Below, one piece after another: positions 16,965-26,499 of a stretch of 50,606 bases of DNA. Below the pieces are notes generated by a model. That model worked only from the letters and a program-made list of their open reading frames with translations, did not search any database and was not told where the DNA came from. This DNA is from Candidatus Poseidoniales archaeon (GTDB lineage: Archaea; Thermoplasmatota; Poseidoniia; MGIII; CG-Epi1), in the NCBI GenBank assembly GCA_045567915.1, contig JBJLCA010000013.1:1-50606 (forward strand), given 5' to 3'. Numbering within the stretch: the first letter of the stretch is position 1; each line of letters begins with the position of its first letter. The position numbers and the translations under genes are program-made.

Positions 16965-17759
16965 ATGAGAGAAATAAAAGGCGTAGCTCCACTAATGGTT
17001 TATGCAGTATGGAAAAGACATGCCGACGTTTGGGTGAGAACATGGAAAACAAATCTCTTACCTCCGCTAGTCGAACCTATTTTGTATCTTTTAGGTTTTG
17101 GTTTTGGTGTGGGCGCATACATTAATGAAATGGGAGGAGTTAGCTATGTCGAATACATTGCACCCTCAATCTTGGCAATATCTATGATGTTTGGGGCTTT
17201 TTTTGAAGCCACTTATTCTGCATTTGTCAGAATGTATTACCAAAAAACTTGGCAAGCCATTGCTGCAACACCGGCCTCAGCAACTGACGTTTTAGTGGCT
17301 GAATTGGCATGGGCTACTACTAAGTCAATGTCAAATGCTACATTGATGACTATTGCCATATTGTCTGTAGGGCTGGTTGTCAACAAACCTCTTATCTCAA
17401 TCTCTGGAGCAATCCTGATGCCAATTGTGGCAATTCCTGTAGGATTAATGTTTGCAGGAATGGGGCTAATTTTAACTTCTTACACTCCTTCAATAGATTG
17501 GTTTAACATACCTTTCTTTCTTTTCATAAACCCAATGTTTATCTTGGCAGGAACTTTTTTTCCTATTGATGAATTTCCTCCAGTAGCACAGAATATTGCA
17601 ATGTGCTTACCATTAACTCACGCTGCCTTGATTACTAGATCTATAGCCTATGGTAACGGACTGGAAAATTTAGAAGTATCACTGTTGTACATTTTATTTA
17701 TGGCTTTCATCATGACATACTTGGGAGTAAAGTTATGTCGAAAACGAATTGTAACCTAG
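16965..17759 (+). CDS. ABC-2 type transporter permease
   Basis: Six predicted helices. The N-terminus VWKRHADVWVRTWKTNLLPPLVEPILYLLGFGFGVG is typical of NodJ/DrrB-like ABC-2 permeases. It starts 2 nt after the ATPase gene. Confidence 0.8.
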   Translation: MREIKGVAPLMVYAVWKRHADVWVRTWKTNLLPPLVEPILYLLGFGFGVGAYINEMGGVSYVEYIAPSILAISMMFGAFFEATYSAFVRMYYQKTWQAIAATPASATDVLVAELAWATTKSMSNATLMTIAILSVGLVVNKPLISISGAILMPIVAIPVGLMFAGMGLILTSYTPSIDWFNIPFFLFINPMFILAGTFFPIDEFPPVAQNIAMCLPLTHAALITRSIAYGNGLENLEVSLLYILFMAFIMTYLGVKLCRKRIVT

Positions 17760-17768
17760 TTTCCAAAG

Positions 17769-18311
17769 TTAAACTTTCATTTCAGATGAGCGAATATACG
17801 ACCACGTTGAAACTGCAGTTAAAATAGCTGAGATTATCATTTCTCTTTGATGATCTTCCCAACTAATTGCTATAATTACTAGAGAAGCTAAACCGATGAT
17901 TCCAGCATAAAATTTAGCCTTGTCAGGATCATCTGTAAAAAAAGAATGATTTTTACCAGACATAAAAAACCATATAGTTACGTAAACCATTGCTGAAATT
18001 AAGACTGCTGTAGAAAGGGCACCTGAAGTGTCTGAAACTTTAGGTTCAGAACTCAAAAGAGGTATATTCATTCCTTGCTGAATAACTAAAACTAAGTATA
18101 CTACGAGAGTCCCGTAACCAGCTCCTGCAACAAGATATAACCAACCTCTTAGCGATTCAGCTTTTTCGGCTTCACTAGGAATACTTTGAAATTGTAAATC
18201 TGAAGACTTTACTGAAGAAGAAAGGTCTGCTTCTCTTCGTATAACTTCTTCCTTAGTATCTTCTTCTATTTCTTGGCCGGGTAGTGTTTCATCAATATCT
18301 AAATCGTCCAC
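17769..18311 (-). CDS. Membrane protein, function unknown (acidic N-terminal tail, ~4 TM helices)
   Basis: ORF length and hydropathy only. Its start codon shares one base (18311) with the stop codon of the upstream wHTH gene. Confidence 0.45.
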   Translation of the reverse strand: MDDLDIDETLPGQEIEEDTKEEVIRREADLSSSVKSSDLQFQSIPSEAEKAESLRGWLYLVAGAGYGTLVVYLVLVIQQGMNIPLLSSEPKVSDTSGALSTAVLISAMVYVTIWFFMSGKNHSFFTDDPDKAKFYAGIIGLASLVIIAISWEDHQREMIISAILTAVSTWSYIRSSEMKV

Positions 18312-18817
18312 TATTCTTCCTCTTTCAATGGCACTATATTGTGACCCTTAAAATCAAATTTTACAGAACGTCTAACTAAACCTTTCAATGTAAGTGAACT
18401 AACTCCAATATCTCTTCCCACATCATTTGCAAAGGTTCCTTCATCACCAATTAAATCAACAATTTTAGATTCATAATTAACAAATTCTTTATCTGACATC
18501 AAAACTACAGTAAGGAGCTCTTGTGTTTCATCAAATGTTAAAGATGTAGAAATTTGAAAAGCATTGTAGAATGTTCGGTAACTTTTCTCAGGTCTCCCTG
18601 ACTCTTTATTAACTTCCCATCTTGATTCAATTAGCTTAAATTTTTCATAATATACAATAATATCATTAGCTTCTTCACCGAACTTCTTATTCAACTCACT
18701 AATCATTGTCCATCCATCTGCCAGAGTACTCAAAACATTTCTTCGAATTTCAGAATCTACTGCTCTAAAAAGTGCTACAAGCTCGGCTGGATCGTTAATT
18801 AATTTTACGCGCTTCAT
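18311..18817 (-). CDS. Putative winged-helix (ArsR-like) DNA-binding protein
   Basis: LVALFRAVDSEIRRNVLSTLADGWTMISELNKKFG resembles an ArsR/SmtB-type HTH. The rest has no recognisable motif. Confidence 0.4.
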   Translation of the reverse strand: MKRVKLINDPAELVALFRAVDSEIRRNVLSTLADGWTMISELNKKFGEEANDIIVYYEKFKLIESRWEVNKESGRPEKSYRTFYNAFQISTSLTFDETQELLTVVLMSDKEFVNYESKIVDLIGDEGTFANDVGRDIGVSSLTLKGLVRRSVKFDFKGHNIVPLKEEE

Positions 18818-18869
18818 CTCTACGTTTCTACCAGTACAAGAACCCTATAAAATATAACTAGACACTCTT

Positions 18870-21467
18870 CTAAATGTCAATTTCGCCTTCTAAACCACAA
18901 TCCGGACATTTAAGTTGTTGCGAACCTGATATCTTTGGAATCTTAATTTGTGATGAACATTCTGGACATTCAACAGTCATCATTTCAGGAAGCTCTCTGC
19001 TAACTACACGTTTCCGCATAACTTTCCTTTTTGCTGGATTTACTTTTTTCTCTTCTGAAGTTGAGGAAGCAAAAGAAGAACTTTCTGATGTTGATTTGAG
19101 GCTTTTAGAAGTACTTGGTGCTGAATATGTATCAAAATTATCTCTACTAAAGTAGAAAACTAAACCACCTATACCAAGAAGCAAGATTGCAATACCAAGC
19201 AAACCTCCTGTTGTGGTTATTTTCGAGCTTAGTCCAGTATCTTTATTTGAGGAGGAGGATGAACTCGCTGAAGTCTCTTCAATTACAGGAATCTGGCAAT
19301 AAGTAGTTGCAGTCAGACCATCATTATCTGTAACCTTAATCACAACTATGTATCCCTCATCATCATTAGGGGTTGAATTATAGGAATGTGTTGCAAAACT
19401 GAAACCTACAAAATCTACTGAATCTGGTAAAACTCGACTTGAGCTATCAAAATCCCATTCATATTTAATAATTGAACCTTGTGGCTTGAAGGCTGATGCA
19501 GTGAAAAAAGCTTCTTCATTAATTCCTATTTCAGGATCACAGCTTAGTTGAACTGAAGGTTGAGATATTATAGAGATAGTTAGATTGAGAGTATTACTCA
19601 CTGCACCTTTAGAATCCTGTGCATAAACTGAAACTATATGATCACCTTGATCAGTAGATTCAGAAGAAAATAAAGCCTGATTATCTTCGTTAAAAAGAGT
19701 TATACTTTCTGTAGACCAAAAGTAAGAAAGAACATCGTTATCCAAATCTGAAGCTACAACAGTTATTTGTGCTTCTTCGCCTGCTATCAAAGGATTAGGA
19801 TTAATAGAATCAAGTTCAATTGTAGGTACTGCATTAACTACAATATTAACACTTACGTTTGCCGACCAGAAACCAATACTGTTTTTAGCCCTAAAAGTGA
19901 GTGTATGTGTACCTAAACTCAATTCTGAAGAAGTTAGATTTAAACTACTTGAAATAAGTCCATCTATACTAGACATCCATTCAAAAGTCTCTATATCTAT
20001 ATCTTCTGAGGTCGTCGATGATGCTGAAGCCGTAATTGATAATGTATCTCCTAAACTTATCAAGCAATTATCTAATAGTAAACAATCTGAAACTGATAAA
20101 ATAGAAACTTCTGGAAAATCTCCTATTCCTATTTCCATAGTAACTGGAATGCTCCACCTTCCTTCGTTATCTTGTGCCATAAAAGAAATAATATGTAATC
20201 CCATCGTTAAATTGGAAAGTGTGAAATTATTTGATGAAGATATATTTCCATTAATAGAAGACGACCAATGATAATTTGAAACAAAGCCATCTATATCTGT
20301 GGCTGAACCTGTAAAGTTCATTGGCTCACCAGGTAAAGCTATACTGGGGCTAATTTGGTCTATATTGGCTACTGGGGCTTGATTATCTAATAATTGTTCG
20401 TAATAAATTGATAAACCGGAACTAGTACCGACTACTAGATTTTCACCTCGGTATGATGAAGAAACTGAATTTACTGCACCCTCTGCATTTACTCTCCAAA
20501 TTTCGTCACCTGAGGTTACATTGGCCAAAACTATTTTTTCATTATCAGAACCTGCGAAAATATATGTACCTCTTCCATTAAAAACACAGCCATTAATTTG
20601 GCCGCCTATGTTCTTCTGCCATATGTCTGCACCAATTATACCATCAAAAAGTGTTAACATTCCATCCGCAGTTCCATAAACATAATACTTTGAATTAACA
20701 CCTGCTGAAACACAAGAAACCTCATTTGGCTGAAACATAGTCATTGGATCACCCCCTGTTGAAGAATAAACATGAACACGCCCAGACTCAGTTCCAATAA
20801 TCAAATGTGAACTATCGCCTGAAAAATCAATATCTGTAATTTTACCATCTAGTGTGTCTGAGTGAAACCAAACATTTTCTTTATCGGAAGTCAAGAAAAC
20901 ATAAACATTACCATCAAAAGTTCCAGCTGCAATATATCTGCCATCTGGAGAAATAGTTACTGTAGACATTTCCTGCGATGGGAAGTTTTCGTTCCAAACA
21001 TTTGTGCTACTTTCCTTGTTAAAAAAGTATACATTTCGACGATCAACTGCAGTAATATTAGAACCGTCTGCCGAAATATCTATCCCGTACAAGCCAGCCA
21101 AGAAATTTCCCTTATCCCATACTTTAGTACCTTCCTCCCACAAGGTCAATTTATTTGTCTCTTCACCTGTTAAAACATATTTTCCATCATCAGACATTTC
21201 CATGTATCGGATACCATCGGCCAAAGTTTTAGTATTGTACGGATTGTATGGCGAGGAGGTGTCATTTTTCCATAGCGAAACTGATTGAGCATAAGTTGCC
21301 GAAATATTTTTTGAGTCTGATGATATAGCTACATTGGTAATTGAACTGCTAGAAGACCAAGTCCAAACTGGATTCTTTTCAGCATCTGCATAAGATGATG
21401 AGAAAACTAATATTACAAGAAAAGCAAATGCGACGAAATTTCTCATTAAATTCAAGATATACCTCAT
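18870..21467 (-). CDS. Type I membrane surface protein: ~8-bladed beta-propeller, ~4 PKD/Ig-like domains, Ser-rich stalk, TM helix, cytoplasmic zinc ribbon
   Basis: Signal peptide. Repeated blade pattern (ISPDGRYIAAGTFDGNVYVF, FSGDSSHLIIGTESGRVHVY and others). PKD-like units (FTGSATDIDG..YHWSS, FEWMSSIDG, SDLDNDVLSYFWS, YEWDFDSSS..VTDNDGLTAT). SSSSSS stalk, TM GGLLGIAILLLGIGGLVFYF, and a C-terminal CPEC..17 aa..CPDC. Confidence 0.7.
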   Translation of the reverse strand: MRYILNLMRNFVAFAFLVILVFSSSYADAEKNPVWTWSSSSSITNVAISSDSKNISATYAQSVSLWKNDTSSPYNPYNTKTLADGIRYMEMSDDGKYVLTGEETNKLTLWEEGTKVWDKGNFLAGLYGIDISADGSNITAVDRRNVYFFNKESSTNVWNENFPSQEMSTVTISPDGRYIAAGTFDGNVYVFLTSDKENVWFHSDTLDGKITDIDFSGDSSHLIIGTESGRVHVYSSTGGDPMTMFQPNEVSCVSAGVNSKYYVYGTADGMLTLFDGIIGADIWQKNIGGQINGCVFNGRGTYIFAGSDNEKIVLANVTSGDEIWRVNAEGAVNSVSSSYRGENLVVGTSSGLSIYYEQLLDNQAPVANIDQISPSIALPGEPMNFTGSATDIDGFVSNYHWSSSINGNISSSNNFTLSNLTMGLHIISFMAQDNEGRWSIPVTMEIGIGDFPEVSILSVSDCLLLDNCLISLGDTLSITASASSTTSEDIDIETFEWMSSIDGLISSSLNLTSSELSLGTHTLTFRAKNSIGFWSANVSVNIVVNAVPTIELDSINPNPLIAGEEAQITVVASDLDNDVLSYFWSTESITLFNEDNQALFSSESTDQGDHIVSVYAQDSKGAVSNTLNLTISIISQPSVQLSCDPEIGINEEAFFTASAFKPQGSIIKYEWDFDSSSRVLPDSVDFVGFSFATHSYNSTPNDDEGYIVVIKVTDNDGLTATTYCQIPVIEETSASSSSSSNKDTGLSSKITTTGGLLGIAILLLGIGGLVFYFSRDNFDTYSAPSTSKSLKSTSESSSFASSTSEEKKVNPAKRKVMRKRVVSRELPEMMTVECPECSSQIKIPKISGSQQLKCPDCGLEGEIDI

Positions 21468-21500
21468 AAGTAATTAGTAAGGGGATTTATTACAGTGAGC

Positions 21501-22109
21501 CTACCCTCTCATTAAATTGTATCTACCACGTAATTCCAACACTTCAAGAGCTTTAAGAACTTCTGCAGATGAATCCCATTCTGAATAAGATGTCAAGAAT
21601 AGGTCTCTTCCGGATATTTCAGAATGGTGGGCTTCTAAAGATTCCAAAAAAACTCGAAGATCGGATGCTCTAGATTCTGCATCATCATCAAAACTAGATA
21701 AGCCGAAATCAATTGCATAGATATCTCCAGACACCATAAAATTACTAGTTGTAGGATCGCCATGAACTATACCTGACGAATGTATCTGTGATAATAATTT
21801 TGCAGAAGAAATAAGATAATGCTCATGCTTATCTGTTCGAAGACCTCTCTCAAGAGTAATCCCTTCTATGAACTCCATTATAATTTGGCATTTTTCAATA
21901 TTGACTTCATACAGGGCTGGAACTAAAACCCCATTAGACAAAAGGCGCTCAATTACACGAGATTCGCTTCTCAACCTTTCGGTAACTAATTTTTTTTCCA
22001 AATCAGGATGTCTGTATGACCTTTTGTTTCGTACCTTCGAAATCGCTGAAGTCTCTTGCCATGTAATCTTCTCAACGACTGCTTCTGCACCTCTAAATAT
22101 TATCTCCAT
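21501..22109 (-). CDS. bud32: KEOPS subunit Bud32 (Kae1-associated atypical kinase/ATPase)
   Basis: RGAEAVV, short RIO-like kinase fold, IVHGDPTTSNFMV and IDFGLS. It sits directly downstream of kae1 with a 10-nt overlap. Confidence 0.85.
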   Translation of the reverse strand: MEIIFRGAEAVVEKITWQETSAISKVRNKRSYRHPDLEKKLVTERLRSESRVIERLLSNGVLVPALYEVNIEKCQIIMEFIEGITLERGLRTDKHEHYLISSAKLLSQIHSSGIVHGDPTTSNFMVSGDIYAIDFGLSSFDDDAESRASDLRVFLESLEAHHSEISGRDLFLTSYSEWDSSAEVLKALEVLELRGRYNLMRG

Positions 22110-23080
22110 GTAACCTCAACCATATCTGTTCTGTATTTTTGATGAACTTTATTATCTTCATCTGTAATCTGATAGTCAGCATTAACCATTTGATAACCTA
22201 GCCAACCGATCATTACTCCATTATCTACACACAAATCCTTTGAAGGGATGAAACACTTGACTCCTCGTTCTTCAGCCATAATAGTAGCCATTTCTCTTAA
22301 CCTTTCATTACAAGCTACACCACCTCCCAAAACCAACTCAGTCTTTCCTGTATGGGCTAATGCCCTTTCAGCGACCTCACAAGACATTGCAAATGCATTC
22401 TCTTGTAATGAATATGTAACAGTTTCAATAGAATGGCCGGAATCTAATTTAGATTTAGCTGCTGTCATTAACCCTGAAAACGCCATATCCATTCCCTTCA
22501 CCGAATAAGGTAAATCCAGCAGTTCTGGCCCTCTGGCTAACTTCTCAATCTTGGGACCACCTGGAAAACCCATTCCAGCCTCCCTAGCAAATTTGTCCAA
22601 CCCATTACCTATACCAATATCAATTGTCTCGCCAAAAACCCTATACTTTTCAGATGCATAGGCTATGACTTGTGTATTCGCACCTGATAAGTAAAGAAGC
22701 ACTGGATCTGATGCGCCTTCCAATAACCCAATTTCTAAATGTGCTACGCAGTGATTAACGCCGATAAGAGGAATATTATTACTATAAGCAAACGCCCTTG
22801 CGGCTGTAGCTCCTGTTCTTAAACAAGGACCTAACCCCGGACCTCTGGCATATGAAACTAAAGAAATATCTGTTGGACTTAATTTTGCTTCCTGAAAAGC
22901 TTTTTCAAAAAGTAATGGGAAAGTATCTGAGTGATGCCTTGCAGCTTCACGAGGATGAATACCTCCTTCTTCTGGAATATACATCGATCTTTGATTTGAT
23001 AATATTTTACCTTTAGAATTTATAATTCCAACACCTGCCGTATGGGCCGTTGACTCAATTCCTAGAATTATATTACTCAA
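22100..23080 (-). CDS. kae1: tRNA N6-adenosine threonylcarbamoyltransferase Kae1 (KEOPS catalytic subunit)
   Basis: ILGIESTAHTAGVGI, GVNHCVAHLEIG (metal-binding His pair), LYLSGANTQVI, LGGGVACNERLR. Confidence 0.92.
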   Translation of the reverse strand: MSNIILGIESTAHTAGVGIINSKGKILSNQRSMYIPEEGGIHPREAARHHSDTFPLLFEKAFQEAKLSPTDISLVSYARGPGLGPCLRTGATAARAFAYSNNIPLIGVNHCVAHLEIGLLEGASDPVLLYLSGANTQVIAYASEKYRVFGETIDIGIGNGLDKFAREAGMGFPGGPKIEKLARGPELLDLPYSVKGMDMAFSGLMTAAKSKLDSGHSIETVTYSLQENAFAMSCEVAERALAHTGKTELVLGGGVACNERLREMATIMAEERGVKCFIPSKDLCVDNGVMIGWLGYQMVNADYQITDEDNKVHQKYRTDMVEVTWR

Positions 23081-23085
23081 ATTGA

Positions 23086-24495
23086 TTACTCTTCCTCTGA
23101 AGATTCGTCAGGTATTGCAAATTCCCTTTTGTGCTCATCTTCATTTACCTCTTCACTTGAATCTGATTTGCTTTCTGATAGTGATGAATCTGAATCTTGC
23201 TCTTCTATTCCGCTGTAAATTATGTAAGAACATGCAGTTAATATGACTAATATGACCAACAATGAAAGCATATTTCCAGACTCACCTTCCTCGACATCTT
23301 TACTACCTACTTCAACGAACTTAGACATCGAAATTGTAGTATTACTTGATGAACCTAAGTCTAGAAATGTACTAATCTTCAACGATAAAGGACCTTCCAA
23401 TGAAGCTTTCCAGGAAATATTGCCAACAGTTTCACCCTTTGGAGAAAGTGATATGCTATCTCTAGCGAAAGCTTTGTTATTATTTACATCCATGTCTAAA
23501 AATAGATTTGAAAAATTATAATCTGTAGGATTATCTATTGTTACGAGAACATTAATTTCCGACCATTTTGGAACTACTTGACCAGGCTCCCAAATTTTCC
23601 CTGAGGAATAAACTTGAGCTGATTTATATTCTATGGCAGATAAATTAAGGTTGAAATAACGTATAAACGCAATATTTTCAGTTACACTTTGTGACCATTC
23701 ATCATCTACGTGCGCAAGACCAAAATTTGCAAATGCTGTGAAATTAGCAAGATGGTCAGTACGCTGGCCTGTTGAATCTATTTCATACTCCTTAGCCCAA
23801 TTCCAAGTACCTAACATAGTACCGTCAGAATCCCACTGGCGAACTTGAAAGCCTGTAACTGGCACATTTGTTGAAGTATCTATTGCCGTAAAAGTTACCC
23901 ACCACTCCTGAGTCATCCAAGAAGTACAATTCGAAAAAGTGACCTGGTTTTGTACAGGTGTTGTACCTATTGAACGAAGACCTAGAGTATAATTAGATAT
24001 TGAAACGTTATCCATGTTCAAAATAGTATCTTCAGAAAATACACCATAGTTTACAATATTATGTCCATTTAGCAAAGTATTTTCAATTCTAGCATCACCA
24101 CCTACAAGCCAAACCATTGAGTAATCTATACTCGTATCTGAAATAATCAATGAACCTGCGTCAGAGACAATCGTAAACATACTGTAAGAAAGAGTATCAT
24201 TGCTAAATGCACTAATTGTTGAATTGAAAATGCGTAATTCTCCAGTTGAATTAATTCTGATCTCTGAAATTGTCAAATCTATTGATCTGTTAACATTTAT
24301 ATGTGAATTCTCAATTGATAAATTACCATCGACAAGTATGTCTCCATCTAGCCATATTTCAGAATTTGAAATCACAAGCTCGTCACCATAATCTATCTTC
24401 AAAACTTCATATTCCAATGTTTCAGAAGATACATCATTTATCACAAATATTAATGAAAAGATAAAAATTCCACAGATAATATAGCCCAAATTCAT
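23086..24495 (-). CDS. Secreted surface glycoprotein candidate with C-terminal TM anchor and acidic Ser-rich cytoplasmic tail
   Basis: Signal peptide (IICGIFIFSLIFVINDVSS), numerous N-x-S/T sequons, beta-helix-like repeats in the first ~200 aa, TM LSLLVILVILTACSYIIY, then EEQDSDSSLSESKSDSSEE... No family recognised. Confidence 0.5.
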   Translation of the reverse strand: MNLGYIICGIFIFSLIFVINDVSSETLEYEVLKIDYGDELVISNSEIWLDGDILVDGNLSIENSHINVNRSIDLTISEIRINSTGELRIFNSTISAFSNDTLSYSMFTIVSDAGSLIISDTSIDYSMVWLVGGDARIENTLLNGHNIVNYGVFSEDTILNMDNVSISNYTLGLRSIGTTPVQNQVTFSNCTSWMTQEWWVTFTAIDTSTNVPVTGFQVRQWDSDGTMLGTWNWAKEYEIDSTGQRTDHLANFTAFANFGLAHVDDEWSQSVTENIAFIRYFNLNLSAIEYKSAQVYSSGKIWEPGQVVPKWSEINVLVTIDNPTDYNFSNLFLDMDVNNNKAFARDSISLSPKGETVGNISWKASLEGPLSLKISTFLDLGSSSNTTISMSKFVEVGSKDVEEGESGNMLSLLVILVILTACSYIIYSGIEEQDSDSSLSESKSDSSEEVNEDEHKREFAIPDESSEEE

Positions 24496-24578
24496 AATAT
24501 TACAAAGACTATCCCTTATAAATTCTATCTCTCAAAGGTGTGATACTCGTTTTAAAGGGAGTCTTATCTGACATATCA

Positions 24579-25376
24579 ATGAGAAAGGTCCTAGGTATAA
24601 TTATAATTATTATGATGTTGCCTATTGCAAAATCTGAAATTGATGATTACACTAGTCACCCAGGCAATATACCTAATTTTCACAACTTCGAAACTCCACA
24701 ACTAGAACCTGGCGAAAATAGCTTCTTTTCTTTTGAAATACAGAACAGGTATGTTGAAAATATTACAAATGTTAGCATAAATGCTGAAATATACCACAGA
24801 GCAGATATAGATGAATCTGAAAGTTTAGAAAAAATTAATAGTGGAAAACGACCAATAATAGAAAAAAATTGTTGGAATTATAAGGAAAATGATGAAAACT
24901 GTTCTGATAGCTTAAGCCCTGATAAAGCCGGATTTAACATAGAAATGATTGCAGTTAATCAGACAATACAACTAAAATTTGATATCAACACAAACGATGA
25001 CACTATTGAAGGAACCTATTTTGTCAGATTTTCAATGAATTATCAGCTGAATGAGACTGACAGAATTCTTCAATCAAGAGGATTCTGGGATATGGAGCAA
25101 TGGACCAACGCCACTACTAACCTCACTGATGAATATCCTGGAAATATTAATCTTGACTCGTTAAATGTTGATGGAATAATTCCAGATTCATCGTTCGGAA
25201 TTAAGAAACCAATACCAAAATGGCCCCTTTACATCTTAATTACACTTACTGTAGTGTTTGCTGGACTTTCCGTGATTTTTTACCTAGAGGAAGAAGAAAC
25301 TTATCCAGAATTAAATAAATGGCTTCAAAAGATGAGGGGCAAATTTAATCAATTTTGGCTGCGTTTTAAGTACTGA
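24579..25376 (+). CDS. Secreted protein with C-terminal TM anchor, function unknown
   Basis: ATG 24579 (MRKVLGIIIIIMMLPIAKSE signal) lies 26 nt downstream of gttttaaagg (24549-24558). The ORF-track GTG at 24540 would precede that box. C-terminal TM WPLYILITLTVVFAGLSVIFYL. Confidence 0.45.
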   Translation: MRKVLGIIIIIMMLPIAKSEIDDYTSHPGNIPNFHNFETPQLEPGENSFFSFEIQNRYVENITNVSINAEIYHRADIDESESLEKINSGKRPIIEKNCWNYKENDENCSDSLSPDKAGFNIEMIAVNQTIQLKFDINTNDDTIEGTYFVRFSMNYQLNETDRILQSRGFWDMEQWTNATTNLTDEYPGNINLDSLNVDGIIPDSSFGIKKPIPKWPLYILITLTVVFAGLSVIFYLEEEETYPELNKWLQKMRGKFNQFWLRFKY

Positions 25377-26489
25377 AAAAGCAGCCAAAGAAGCATAATC
25401 TAGATCTCCAGTCTTTTCAATGGTCTCTTTTACATTCGGCTCACTTAAAATCGATATTATTTCAGCTAACTGATCGTCATTTAAACTTAAAAAAGCTTTC
25501 CTGAGATAACTTCCCTTAATCAATTCTCCACCTATTCTATTTGACAACAATGCCTGATATTCACTTAAATTTGCCGAACTTAAATTACCTGAATCGATGG
25601 CCTTTGATGCTACTTCAAAAGCTGCATCTGCTGAAATTAAACCTGAATAAATTCCACCGCCTGATGTGGGCTTTGCCATTCCTGCTGCATCTCCTGTTAG
25701 TATGACATTATCTGTATAACTGGGATTAGCAGTTCCAAATGGAATAAGACCACTTATCAAATTAATAATTTTAGCTCCGCCAAGTAGTTTTGAGGGCGCT
25801 CCTTTCAAAAAATAATCCCTGAAGAAAGGCATTGGCTTGTGTGGTAAAGTAGTAGCTATACCAATGCGACCTTCATTAGGACCTGTAGGTATTCCCCAGC
25901 CAAAGAAACGTGGAGCCAACTCTGAGCCAACAAAAAGATCTACATGAGTATCTTTACCTTTGTATCCCCTAACATCTGCGCCAAATGCTCTCAATATCTC
26001 TCTTTTTCCACTTATTCCTGCATTTTTAGCTACCCTAGACAAAGGGCCGTCAGCACCAACCAATAATTTGACATCAATAGTAAATTTTTTAGTTTTATTT
26101 CTTAACTTAGCTCTGATACCGCCATTTACTTTCTCGTGGCCCAAATATGTATGGCCATGAAGGACTTCAGCCCCTGCTTCTAATGCCTTATTAGCTATAG
26201 AACGATCTAAATCTGGCCTGTCAATAACTAGTGCTTTGGTTTCAGAAGCTTGGAAATCTAAGTATGAATCTTTGGGACCCCAGAGCCTAGCTCCATCCAT
26301 TTCTTGCAAAATTGGACGCTCATATCCAAGATACTCAAAGGTTCTGGGAGTTATCAGGCCAGCGCACTGGCAAGGCTCTCCAATTACTTCAGCTCTATCT
26401 ATTAGAACTACTTTATACCCTTCTTTTGAAAAATTCCAGGCAGTTCTAGAACCACTTGGCCCAGCTCCTACTACTAAAACATCAAGCAT
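25311..26489 (-). CDS. Geranylgeranyl reductase family flavoprotein (archaeal lipid saturase type)
   Basis: FAD dinucleotide fold DVLVVGAGPSGSRTAWNFSKEGYKVVLIDR, LVGADGPLSRV, LTGDAAGMAKPTSGGGI. Confidence 0.85.
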   Translation of the reverse strand: MLDVLVVGAGPSGSRTAWNFSKEGYKVVLIDRAEVIGEPCQCAGLITPRTFEYLGYERPILQEMDGARLWGPKDSYLDFQASETKALVIDRPDLDRSIANKALEAGAEVLHGHTYLGHEKVNGGIRAKLRNKTKKFTIDVKLLVGADGPLSRVAKNAGISGKREILRAFGADVRGYKGKDTHVDLFVGSELAPRFFGWGIPTGPNEGRIGIATTLPHKPMPFFRDYFLKGAPSKLLGGAKIINLISGLIPFGTANPSYTDNVILTGDAAGMAKPTSGGGIYSGLISADAAFEVASKAIDSGNLSSANLSEYQALLSNRIGGELIKGSYLRKAFLSLNDDQLAEIISILSEPNVKETIEKTGDLDYASLAAFSVLKTQPKLIKFAPHLLKPFI

Positions 26490-26499
26490 TGCTTGAAAC

